Origin: an uncultured Actinomycetota bacterium
Lineage (GTDB): Bacteria > Actinomycetota > Nitriliruptoria > Euzebyales > Egibacteraceae
Direction: 5' to 3'
Length of the DNA: 55,033 nt
NCBI GenBank assembly: GCA_964629825.1
Contig: CAZVUW010000009.1
Location: 1-55,033 of the forward strand
Of this stretch, positions 32,387 through 39,915 are shown in pieces (position 1 is the first letter of the stretch; every line of letters begins with the position of its first letter). Below the pieces are notes generated by a model. It had not been told where the DNA came from. It did not search any database and saw only the letters and a list, made by a program, of their open reading frames with translations. A program made the position numbers and the translations under genes.

Positions 32387-34546
32387 ATGGTCCTGCACCA
32401 AGATGACCACCGCAAAGTACCCACCGTGTCCGTGAGGCCCGGCGCCGCTGGCCGGGCGGCGCTCGTGGAAGACGAGCGCTCTGCACAGGTCCACATCGTG
32501 ATCCGCTGCGCCGGCCCTGCCTTCTGGACCGAGCGCTGCATCGACTCCGTGATGCGGCACACGGACCTTCCATTCACTGTGACGCTGGTTGCGGACACCG
32601 ACGACTCGTACGTCATCGAGGTGATCGAGAGCTTCGCTGGGATGACCGGCGTGCGCACGGCCTCCGACCCGCAGCGGCTGCGTCAGCTCCTGGAAGGAAG
32701 CGAACCGGGCGCCGCGGTCCATCTGCATGACGACACCGTGGTCGGTCCCGCGTGGGCGTCGACGCTGGTGACCGCCCTTCGACGCCACCCGACAGCGGCG
32801 GCCACGGGTCCGGTGACCAATCACGCCGACGGCCCTCAGGGCTTCGTCGAGCTCGGCAGCTACACGTCAGGCGACTTGGACGCGTATGCGCGTCATTACA
32901 ATTGGTCGGACCCAAGCCGGTGGTTCCACGTCGCGTCCTTGGCTCGGTTCGCGGTCTGCCTCCGGCTGCCGATCGCAGAGCACCTCAGTGGCCTGCTCGA
33001 CAAGCCCTTCTCCCCTGACCCGATCGCCGCCGGTGAAGGCGAGCTCGTCTGTGCAGCGGATGCGTTCGTCTTCCACGCCGGAAGCGAAACCCTGCGCACC
33101 GGTGATGCATGGCGAAGCGCACTGGTCGTGGATGGGATCGCGCACCCGATCCTCACTCCCGCCGCCGAACACCTCGCAGGTCAGCTAGGCGAGGTGGTGG
33201 CCGGCCCGAAAGACCTCCCGACGGGCAGGCCCGTCGCACTTGTACGCGGGCTGTCGACCGGCGTCCATCTGGCGATCGGGGGGGAGCGGCGGCCTCTGGC
33301 CGGCGATCCGACAGCGTTGAGGCGCCTGCGCGGAGTCGTCGTGCTGCCGAACGACGACCTCGCGACACTCCGCCGCGGAGACCTTCTGCACGTCCCGACA
33401 CCGGCGGACGAGGCAGCCGCCGACCAGCAGCGGCTCCCGGTTCGCAACAACCTCGGCGACCGGTGCCTCGGCAGCGACTCGGTGCTCGCGCGAATCACCC
33501 AAGCGCTGAGCGCTCGAGCACCCCTATCACTCGTCCGAGTCGGCCCCGCAGAGGAGCTGCTGCTGAGCCCCGAGGGGGCCCCCAGAGAGGTCACCCCCGA
33601 GCTGCGCTACGCCGGCGTCGCCCATCCAGGTGCCTTGCGCCTCCGGTTGTGCGCCGCGCTTAGAGATGCCGACATCGTCGGGCTTCGCCTTCACCTGAGC
33701 AAGCAGCACGTCGCAATCCTCGAGCGCGTGCTCGAGCACCACAGCCTTCACCCTCGTGCGGTCTGCTCGCACGACGTGCTCTGGCCTCTGGTCCGCCCTG
33801 CAGACGGGCGGTCGGTCCTGACTTCGCCGCTCGTTGAGGCCCTGGCCGGCAGGCGCATCGCCGTTGTAGGCCGGAGAGCTGAGGAGGTGCTGCTGCGTCG
33901 CCAGCGCTTGGGGCTGGATGTGACGACCGCAGTCGACCTCGAGGACGAGACCACCCTGGACGCCGCCAAGGACTTGCTGCTGGAGCGCGCTGCCGCATTC
34001 GATGTCGTCCTTGTCGGCGCCGGCGTTCCAGCCGTGCTGCTATGCCCATGGGCCGCGCGGACCCTCCGGACCGTGGCCATCGACATCGGCCTCATCGCCG
34101 ACCATCTCGCCGACCCGAGCGTCGGTCCCAGCACCGGCGAGCAGCTGCTTCGCCGCTGGCAGCTCGCCCGCTATGCGGCGGACATCGAGGTGCCGTCAAC
34201 GAGGGCGAGGAAGCACCCTAGGAACGGCACGTTCGTCCGAGACCGCAAGGATGGAGCGCTGCACTACGTCGAGTCCGGAGTGCGCCGGCTGGTCACCTCC
34301 CCTGCCCTACCAGCCCTGCTCGGCGCAGTCGTCGAGGAGGTCACGCCCCAGGAGCTCCATGCCCTTCCTTCCGGTCCACCGGTAAGCATCGTCCTGGATG
34401 CAACCCGTGGCGCCGCCATCTTGCTGGACGGGCGGCTCCAGCCGATCGACCTCGGTCTGCCGGTGTCCGCACTGGACCCTGACGTGCTCAGCAGTCTGCC
34501 CGCGGCAGAGGCGGCCCTGCCCTGGCGGCCCGCGGAGGAGGCCTAG
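32387..34546 (+). CDS. Multidomain putative glycosyltransferase: N-terminal GT-A-like region, central GT-D (DUF1792)-like region, C-terminal unknown
   Basis: The N-terminal region carries VHIVIRCAGPAFWTERCIDSV ... TLVADTDD ... HLHDDT. The central part carries PLSLVRVGPAEELLL and VVLVGAGVPAVLLCPWAA, which resemble the GT-D fold signature. The start is uncertain (32327 to 32387). Confidence 0.5.
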   Translation: MVLHQDDHRKVPTVSVRPGAAGRAALVEDERSAQVHIVIRCAGPAFWTERCIDSVMRHTDLPFTVTLVADTDDSYVIEVIESFAGMTGVRTASDPQRLRQLLEGSEPGAAVHLHDDTVVGPAWASTLVTALRRHPTAAATGPVTNHADGPQGFVELGSYTSGDLDAYARHYNWSDPSRWFHVASLARFAVCLRLPIAEHLSGLLDKPFSPDPIAAGEGELVCAADAFVFHAGSETLRTGDAWRSALVVDGIAHPILTPAAEHLAGQLGEVVAGPKDLPTGRPVALVRGLSTGVHLAIGGERRPLAGDPTALRRLRGVVVLPNDDLATLRRGDLLHVPTPADEAAADQQRLPVRNNLGDRCLGSDSVLARITQALSARAPLSLVRVGPAEELLLSPEGAPREVTPELRYAGVAHPGALRLRLCAALRDADIVGLRLHLSKQHVAILERVLEHHSLHPRAVCSHDVLWPLVRPADGRSVLTSPLVEALAGRRIAVVGRRAEEVLLRRQRLGLDVTTAVDLEDETTLDAAKDLLLERAAAFDVVLVGAGVPAVLLCPWAARTLRTVAIDIGLIADHLADPSVGPSTGEQLLRRWQLARYAADIEVPSTRARKHPRNGTFVRDRKDGALHYVESGVRRLVTSPALPALLGAVVEEVTPQELHALPSGPPVSIVLDATRGAAILLDGRLQPIDLGLPVSALDPDVLSSLPAAEAALPWRPAEEA

Positions 34547-35827
34547 TTGCGCCTCTACCTGGTCGCCGGCATGCACCGCAGCGGTACCTCCCTGCTGACC
34601 ATGCTTTTGTCCATCCTGGGCGCGGAGGTCGGACCGGAGGACCGCTTGATCGGAGCGTCCGCCTCCAACCCGACAGGCCACTGGGAGCTGCGCCCGGTCG
34701 TCGAGCTCAACGACCGGATCCTGGCCGCGCTGGGGGGCAGCTGGGACGCGCCACCGCCTCTTCTGGAGGGCTGGCAGCATGACGAACGGCTGCGGGGCCT
34801 GAGGACGCAGGCTCGGCAGATCATCTCAGGGCACCTGTCCGAAGGCTTGAACGTCATCAAGGACCCTCGGCTGAGCATCCTGGCGCCCTTCTGGCAGGAG
34901 CTCGTGCCCGTGCACGGGACCATAGTCATGCTGCGCTCACCAGCAGAGGTCGCGGCCTCGCTGGCTCGGCGCAACGGCCTGGACTCCGAGGCGTCAGCCG
35001 AGCTGTGGCTCCGCTACACCCTGGACGCCATCGCTCTGTGCTCGCACCCGCATGTCCTTTCCTATGAGGATCTCCTCAACGACCGGCGCGAGGAGGCGAT
35101 CTCGCATGTGGTCGAGCTCCTCGACCTGCCCAAGCCCGACGAGGAACAGCTCGCAGCGGTCACCGAGGCCGTCCGAAGAGATCTTCGTCACCATGCCGGC
35201 TCACCTCCGTTGGAGGGCACCGCGGGAAGCGCTTCCGAAGCCCTGTACGAACAGCTGCGACAGCTGGGGGTGGCTGGTGTCGGCGACCTTGGCCCCGCCC
35301 TTCGGCAGCGCTCGCACCTGTTGAGCCAGGCCGCGGCTCTGCGCTCGGCGCTCGACAAGCGCGCGGCCGAGGTGCGGCGCGAGCGCGCCCGCTCAATCGA
35401 CGCCAGCCGTTCCGCGCTGAGCTTCCGTGCTCTCCACCTTGAATCGCAGCGGGACGCCGCACGGCTGCGCCGTGAGGTGCAGCTGCTTCGACAGCAAGCC
35501 ATCCGCGCCAAGCGGAAGCAGGAGACGCTTGAGACGCACATCGGGCATCTCGAGGAGCGCCTGGATGGCCGCGACGTGCAGCTGCAGCGCTTACGTGAGG
35601 AGCTGGAGTCCACCAGGCTCAGGGCCGCACGACACGAGCGTCGCTCCAGCGAGCTAGCCCTGCGGGTTCAAGAGCAGGAGCGGGAGCTGAGCGAGCTCCG
35701 CGCGACGGCCGAGCGCGTGCACGAGCTGGAGGAGGGCTACCGACGCCTGCGCACGCGCAGGTCCGTTCGGCTGCTCCTCGCGCTGAGCGGCGCCTTGAAG
35801 CCGCTGCGCAAGCTCCTGCGCCGCTGA
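34547..35827 (+). CDS. Sulfotransferase fused to a ~150-aa coiled coil and a C-terminal basic amphipathic helix
   Basis: The TTG start lies directly after the upstream stop. The PAPS 5'-phosphosulfate loop is LVAGMHRSGTSLL and the 3'-phosphate motif is VMLRSPAEVAASL. LSYEDLLNDR is also present. Heptad-rich Arg/Glu/Leu sequence spans aa ~255-402, followed by SVRLLLALSGALKPLRKLLRR. Confidence 0.75.
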   Translation: MRLYLVAGMHRSGTSLLTMLLSILGAEVGPEDRLIGASASNPTGHWELRPVVELNDRILAALGGSWDAPPPLLEGWQHDERLRGLRTQARQIISGHLSEGLNVIKDPRLSILAPFWQELVPVHGTIVMLRSPAEVAASLARRNGLDSEASAELWLRYTLDAIALCSHPHVLSYEDLLNDRREEAISHVVELLDLPKPDEEQLAAVTEAVRRDLRHHAGSPPLEGTAGSASEALYEQLRQLGVAGVGDLGPALRQRSHLLSQAAALRSALDKRAAEVRRERARSIDASRSALSFRALHLESQRDAARLRREVQLLRQQAIRAKRKQETLETHIGHLEERLDGRDVQLQRLREELESTRLRAARHERRSSELALRVQEQERELSELRATAERVHELEEGYRRLRTRRSVRLLLALSGALKPLRKLLRR

Positions 35828-35836
35828 CGCTCCGCC

Positions 35837-37945
35837 CTAGCCGCCGTCTACCGAGCGCAGCGGAAGTCTCAGAAGCGGCCGCCGCCCGTCGCGGATGACC
35901 ATGAGCTCCAGACCGCTGGGGCCCTCCCCGACCAGCTCCGGGAGGATGACCGCGTGCACGTCCGCGCGCCCCTCGGCGGATGCGTAGGTCTCGGCGACCG
36001 CCACAACGCGCCCGTTGACGGCCACGGCGACGTGCGACACGGCATCCCCGGCGACGCTGGCCGGCACACGGGCGCGCAACAGCCCCGGGAATGGGTCGCT
36101 GTCGGCGGTCACCGCGTCGTACGCCTCACCGTCTGCGACCGACGCGGTCGCTTCCGCCGGAGCCTCTTCCACGGTGAGCTCGGACACCTCCGCTCCGACC
36201 AGCTCGCTGTGATCCACGATCCGGTCGATCAGCGGCCCGTCGGTGCCGAACAGCTGAGCTCGGTGGCGGGCCTCCTCTAACACCCGGTCCCAGATCTGGT
36301 CAGCGGGCAGCGGCTCGTCGTCCTGTCGGTGGAGCTGGCGCGCAACTCGGGGGGTCTCATCCCGAAGGCTTCGCCCGTCAAGCGCGGGCGCGCCCTCGAC
36401 CTGGAGAACGTCCAGGATGGTCGGCACGACGTCGATCGTCTGCACAGGGTAGGTCTCGACACGGCCCGCGCTCTGCCCCGGGTACTTCACGATCAGCGGG
36501 ATGGCTGCCAACTTGGGCGCCGTCTCGGGCATGGCGTGGCGCACGGGCAGACCCTCGGAGAACGCGAGTCCGTGATCGGCCGTGATGACGAAGAGGGCGT
36601 CGTCATAGAGGCCAACCTCCTTAAGCCGTTCTATGGCGCGACCGACCATGGTGTCCACGTAGCCCACCTGCAGCAGGTGTCGCTGGTAGGCCTGTCGCAC
36701 CAGCCAGCCATTGTCGCCCCAGTACTTGTGGGGAGCTTCGACGCGCCCCGGAGCAGGCCGGTCGTGGGCGTATATGCGCCCATCGGGCAGTCGTCGCCAC
36801 GGGGAGTGGGGCAGGAGCACGTGAAGCACGTGAAGCTGCTCATGCGGTCCATCACCCAACCGATCGATGAACGCCTCCAGCCTCGTCCCCGGATCATCTG
36901 AGGCCTCAGACTCGGCTGGGGCTGGGCTGGTCTCGCCGAAGCCCGCCCATGCGTCGCCCAGCGGCGGCAGACGCTCATCCAGGGCCCCCGGGGTCAGGCG
37001 GTGCGCCAGCACGAGCAGCGAGTCCTTGGCCAGCCTGCCCACGTCCAGCCCGGCGCTGCTTCCACCCTCCGAATCGCATGCGCTGGACGTGCAGAGCTGC
37101 GTAACTGCCTCCTCGGCCGAGATCGCCAGACTGCCTTCGAGAAGGGCGAAGATGTTCTGCGGATGGTCCTCGGCCGTGGGCAGGGCACCCTCGCGAGGCA
37201 TCATGCCGCTGAGGATCGCTGGCACCGACTCGGTCGTGTGCTGGTGCACGGAGGCGGCATCCCGGTACCAGGTGGCCTCCTCGGCGACCATACGTGCGAG
37301 GTTCGGGGCAATTCGCTCGTCTATCACGCCGTCTGGCGTCACGATCGAGCTCACGGGGAACTCGTCGAAGATGAACAGGAAGACGGGGCGAGGGTCGCCG
37401 ACCGCTATCTCGGTGGCTTGGGCTTCCGCAGAGCCCCGAAGCTGGGAGACGGGAGACACCAGCAGGAAGAGCCCGAGTGCCACGAGCGGAACGGCCCAGC
37501 CCCACGGCAGCAGCGTGCGCAGTCCGGCTGATCTGCTCGCCGCGAGGACTAACCCAGGACCGGCGACCAGGCCTCCCGCCAAGGCCACCAGGGTCGGGGC
37601 CCCCACGCCGTCCAGGAGCTGGATCACCACCAGGGCCACAAGCACCCCTGCAACGACCCCGGTCACGATGGCGGCGCTCGTGCGATGGAGCAGCCACAGC
37701 GCCACCAGCCCGAGCGCCACAGCGATCGGTAGCACCACAGCCAGCACCAACCCATAGGCCACGACGTGTGCCCAGCGCGCGCCTTGGGCGATGAAGAACT
37801 CCGGATATCGGCCCAGAAGATCGAGCAGCGGCTGGCTGATCGCGAGCGTGAACAGCGCCGCCGCGGCTCCTCCGACCTGCCAGCTGGTCAGTGGAGGCTG
37901 CACGGTTTCGTCGGCAGCAGCAGGGGGAGCATCGCGATCAACCAT
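35837..37945 (-). CDS. Membrane-anchored alkaline-phosphatase-superfamily (sulfatase/LtaS/EptA-like) transferase
   Basis: The N-terminus has ~5 TM segments. The metal-site motif is PVFLFIFDEFP, the probable Thr nucleophile context is HQHTTESVPAILSG, and VITADHGLAF is also present. There is no C/S-x-P-x-R sulfatase motif. Confidence 0.65.
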   Translation of the reverse strand: MVDRDAPPAAADETVQPPLTSWQVGGAAAALFTLAISQPLLDLLGRYPEFFIAQGARWAHVVAYGLVLAVVLPIAVALGLVALWLLHRTSAAIVTGVVAGVLVALVVIQLLDGVGAPTLVALAGGLVAGPGLVLAASRSAGLRTLLPWGWAVPLVALGLFLLVSPVSQLRGSAEAQATEIAVGDPRPVFLFIFDEFPVSSIVTPDGVIDERIAPNLARMVAEEATWYRDAASVHQHTTESVPAILSGMMPREGALPTAEDHPQNIFALLEGSLAISAEEAVTQLCTSSACDSEGGSSAGLDVGRLAKDSLLVLAHRLTPGALDERLPPLGDAWAGFGETSPAPAESEASDDPGTRLEAFIDRLGDGPHEQLHVLHVLLPHSPWRRLPDGRIYAHDRPAPGRVEAPHKYWGDNGWLVRQAYQRHLLQVGYVDTMVGRAIERLKEVGLYDDALFVITADHGLAFSEGLPVRHAMPETAPKLAAIPLIVKYPGQSAGRVETYPVQTIDVVPTILDVLQVEGAPALDGRSLRDETPRVARQLHRQDDEPLPADQIWDRVLEEARHRAQLFGTDGPLIDRIVDHSELVGAEVSELTVEEAPAEATASVADGEAYDAVTADSDPFPGLLRARVPASVAGDAVSHVAVAVNGRVVAVAETYASAEGRADVHAVILPELVGEGPSGLELMVIRDGRRPLLRLPLRSVDGG

Positions 37946-38067
37946 CCCGTGTCAGACTCCTCCACGACGGCATACCGGCGAGCGAGCCGCGTGAATCCCG
38001 GTGGCGCCTGAGAATGCACTGCTATGCTCCGCGCGCCGTTCACGCAGCGTTAACCAAGGAGTCGCAG

Positions 38068-38223
38068 ATGCTACTCGGTTACCTTGATCCCGGATCAGGC
38101 AGCATCATCGTTCAAGCTGCCTTGGGCGGAGCGGCAGGCCTAGCGGTGCTGTGGAAGCGCGTCCGCTACCGCGGTCGACCTACACCCGACCAGGAGTCAA
38201 AGCAGGAGACCCCCGAGGAGTAG
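38068..38223 (+). CDS. Small membrane protein (51 aa; MLLGYLDPGSGSIIVQAALGG...)
   Basis: AAGGAG (38056-38061) lies 6 nt before ATG 38068. It has one hydrophobic helix and then a charged tail, and sits just upstream of the kinase-like/methyltransferase gene. Confidence 0.5.
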   Translation: MLLGYLDPGSGSIIVQAALGGAAGLAVLWKRVRYRGRPTPDQESKQETPEE

Positions 38224-38247
38224 AGGCCTCCTGATCACCCCAGCCGA

Positions 38248-39645
38248 ATGACATCGGGCGTGGCAACCGGCTCCTTTCGCGATCCTGCGAGTCGGGTTCT
38301 CCTGGACGGCACGAGGGTTCTTCGTGTGCTCTCCCGCGAGGGCTACGAGGACTGGCTGGCGCTGAAGGATTCGCGGCTGCTTGCCGCCGCGCAGTCTGCG
38401 GGGACCCTCGTCGCAACCACCGACGCCTCCATCCCTGACGCTGCTCCGCGGGGGGATTGGGTCCACGCGCTCGAGCATGAGGCGATCCCCTTCATCTCGT
38501 ACCCCTACGAGTGGCCCTTCAGCATGCTGAAGGACGCAGCCCTGCTGCAGCTGGATCTCCTGCAGTCCGCCTTGGAGGAGGATCTGATCCTCAAGGACGC
38601 CAGCCCCTACAACGTCCAGTGGCGGGGTGCACGGCCGGTCTTCATCGACATCGGCTCGTTCGAGCGTCTGCGAGCGGGTGAGCCCTGGGCCGGTTACCGC
38701 CAGTTCTGCTCCCTGTTCCTCTTCCCGCTGATGCTGCGCGCGTACAAGGGGGTCCCGTACAGGACCTGGCTCCGCGGTGATCTGGAGGGGATATCGCCGC
38801 AGGAGATGCGCAGCCTCATGAGCCGGCGGGATCTGCTGCGCCCTGGAGTGGCGCTGCACGTGGCTCTGCAGGCCAAGGCCGATGCGCGCTACTCCGCGGG
38901 TGACGAGAACGTCCGCGAGCAGGTCCGCGCGGCGGGCTTCAGCAAGGACCTGATCCTGGCCAACGCGCGGAGGTTGCGGAAGCTCGTCGACTCCCTGAGC
39001 TGGCGCGCCGCGAGCTCGGAGTGGTCCGAGTACGCCACCGGCTGCGCCCACGTCGAGGGCGACCGCAACGTGAAGGAGAGGTTCGTCCGCCAAGTCCTGG
39101 CCACTCGCCGATGGCCGCTGGTCTGGGATCTCGGCGCCAACGACGGCTACTACTCCAGGCTTGCCGCCTCGCACGCAGACGCGGTGCTGGCGATCGATGG
39201 GGATGAGCTGGTGCTCGACCGCCTCTATCGCAGCTTGTCCGGCGAGGCCAAGGATCGGATCACGCCATTGGTGATCGACCTGGCCAACCCCTCGCCCGCG
39301 CAGGGCTGGGCCGGCCGGGAGCGTATGACCCTCGAGCAGCGAGGCCGCCCAGCCCTGACGCTCATGTTGGCGGTCATCCATCACCTTTCGATTGGACGCA
39401 ACATCCCGGTGGCCGACGTCGTGCGCTGGCTCGCCGAGCTCGGCGGTGAGGTGGTGCTGGAGTTTCCGCAGCCGGACGATCCGATGGTGCTCCGCCTGCG
39501 TCGCAACAAGCGCGACGAGGAGATCCATCCCGACTACAGCGAGCGTGCCCTGCGCGGTCTCCTCGCTGAGCACTTCGACATCCAGGCCGAGGAACGAACC
39601 TCTTCCGGCCACCGCCTGCTGCTGCACCTCACGCCGCGCTCCTGA
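38248..39645 (+). CDS. Fusion of an N-terminal protein-kinase-like fold domain and a C-terminal class I SAM-dependent methyltransferase
   Basis: The N-terminal part carries YPYEWPFSMLKDAALLQLDLL, LKDASPYNV (D-x4-N catalytic-loop-like) and VFIDIGSFE (DFG-like). The C-terminal part carries LVWDLGANDGYYS (SAM motif I, FkbM-like) and AIDGD. Confidence 0.65.
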   Translation: MTSGVATGSFRDPASRVLLDGTRVLRVLSREGYEDWLALKDSRLLAAAQSAGTLVATTDASIPDAAPRGDWVHALEHEAIPFISYPYEWPFSMLKDAALLQLDLLQSALEEDLILKDASPYNVQWRGARPVFIDIGSFERLRAGEPWAGYRQFCSLFLFPLMLRAYKGVPYRTWLRGDLEGISPQEMRSLMSRRDLLRPGVALHVALQAKADARYSAGDENVREQVRAAGFSKDLILANARRLRKLVDSLSWRAASSEWSEYATGCAHVEGDRNVKERFVRQVLATRRWPLVWDLGANDGYYSRLAASHADAVLAIDGDELVLDRLYRSLSGEAKDRITPLVIDLANPSPAQGWAGRERMTLEQRGRPALTLMLAVIHHLSIGRNIPVADVVRWLAELGGEVVLEFPQPDDPMVLRLRRNKRDEEIHPDYSERALRGLLAEHFDIQAEERTSSGHRLLLHLTPRS

Positions 39646-39704
39646 ACCCCGGGCGGCACCGCGCGGAAGGCCGATCGGCAGCCCCCGGCTGAGCTCCGCG
39701 ATGG

Positions 39705-39742
39705 TTGGACGGTTGGCCCGGCATCTCGGGCCAACCGTCCAA
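39705..39742. repeat. Hairpin repeat copy C (TTGGACGGTTGGCCCG GCATCT CGGGCCAACCGTCCAA)
   Basis: Perfect 16-bp stem with the same GCATCT loop as copies A and B. The two stem positions that differ from copy A are changed on both arms. It lies 60 nt after the stop at 39645 and is followed by a duplicated CCGTCCAA and GCGTC. Confidence 0.85.
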
Positions 39743-39915
39743 CCGTCCAAGCGTCGAACCGTCCTCAAAACGACCAGGCGGTCTTGAAGGGGCACCCCGA
39801 CCGTGTAGGTTGCGCGTGCTCGCCTACGCGGAGGCGGGCTGCAGTAGCGGGCTGTAAGGACGGCGGGGGACGACAGACGGGCCTCGCCCTTGCACGGAGG
39901 CTCAAGTTGCCCAGG

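Noticed and set aside
35837-37945. A true sulfatase acting as the eraser partner for the two sulfotransferase-like domains
   Set aside because: There is no Cys/Ser-x-Pro-x-Arg formylglycine motif. The Thr-type nucleophile context and the multi-TM N-terminus point to an LtaS/EptA-like transferase instead.
38197-39795. 532-aa minus-strand ORF antisense to the kinase-like/methyltransferase gene; its N-terminus (LDGWTVGPRCRANRPT) resembles the 72-aa ORF at 188-406
   Set aside because: The shared peptide is just the translation of the hairpin repeat copies. The rest is antisense to a gene with clear SAM-methyltransferase motifs.
39784-39915. Upstream extension of the RHS ORF (track start 39784)
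   Set aside because: The extension is Arg/Gly/Cys-rich and begins inside the repeat and terminator region. ATG 39916 yields a textbook signal peptide. The exact start remains unverified.
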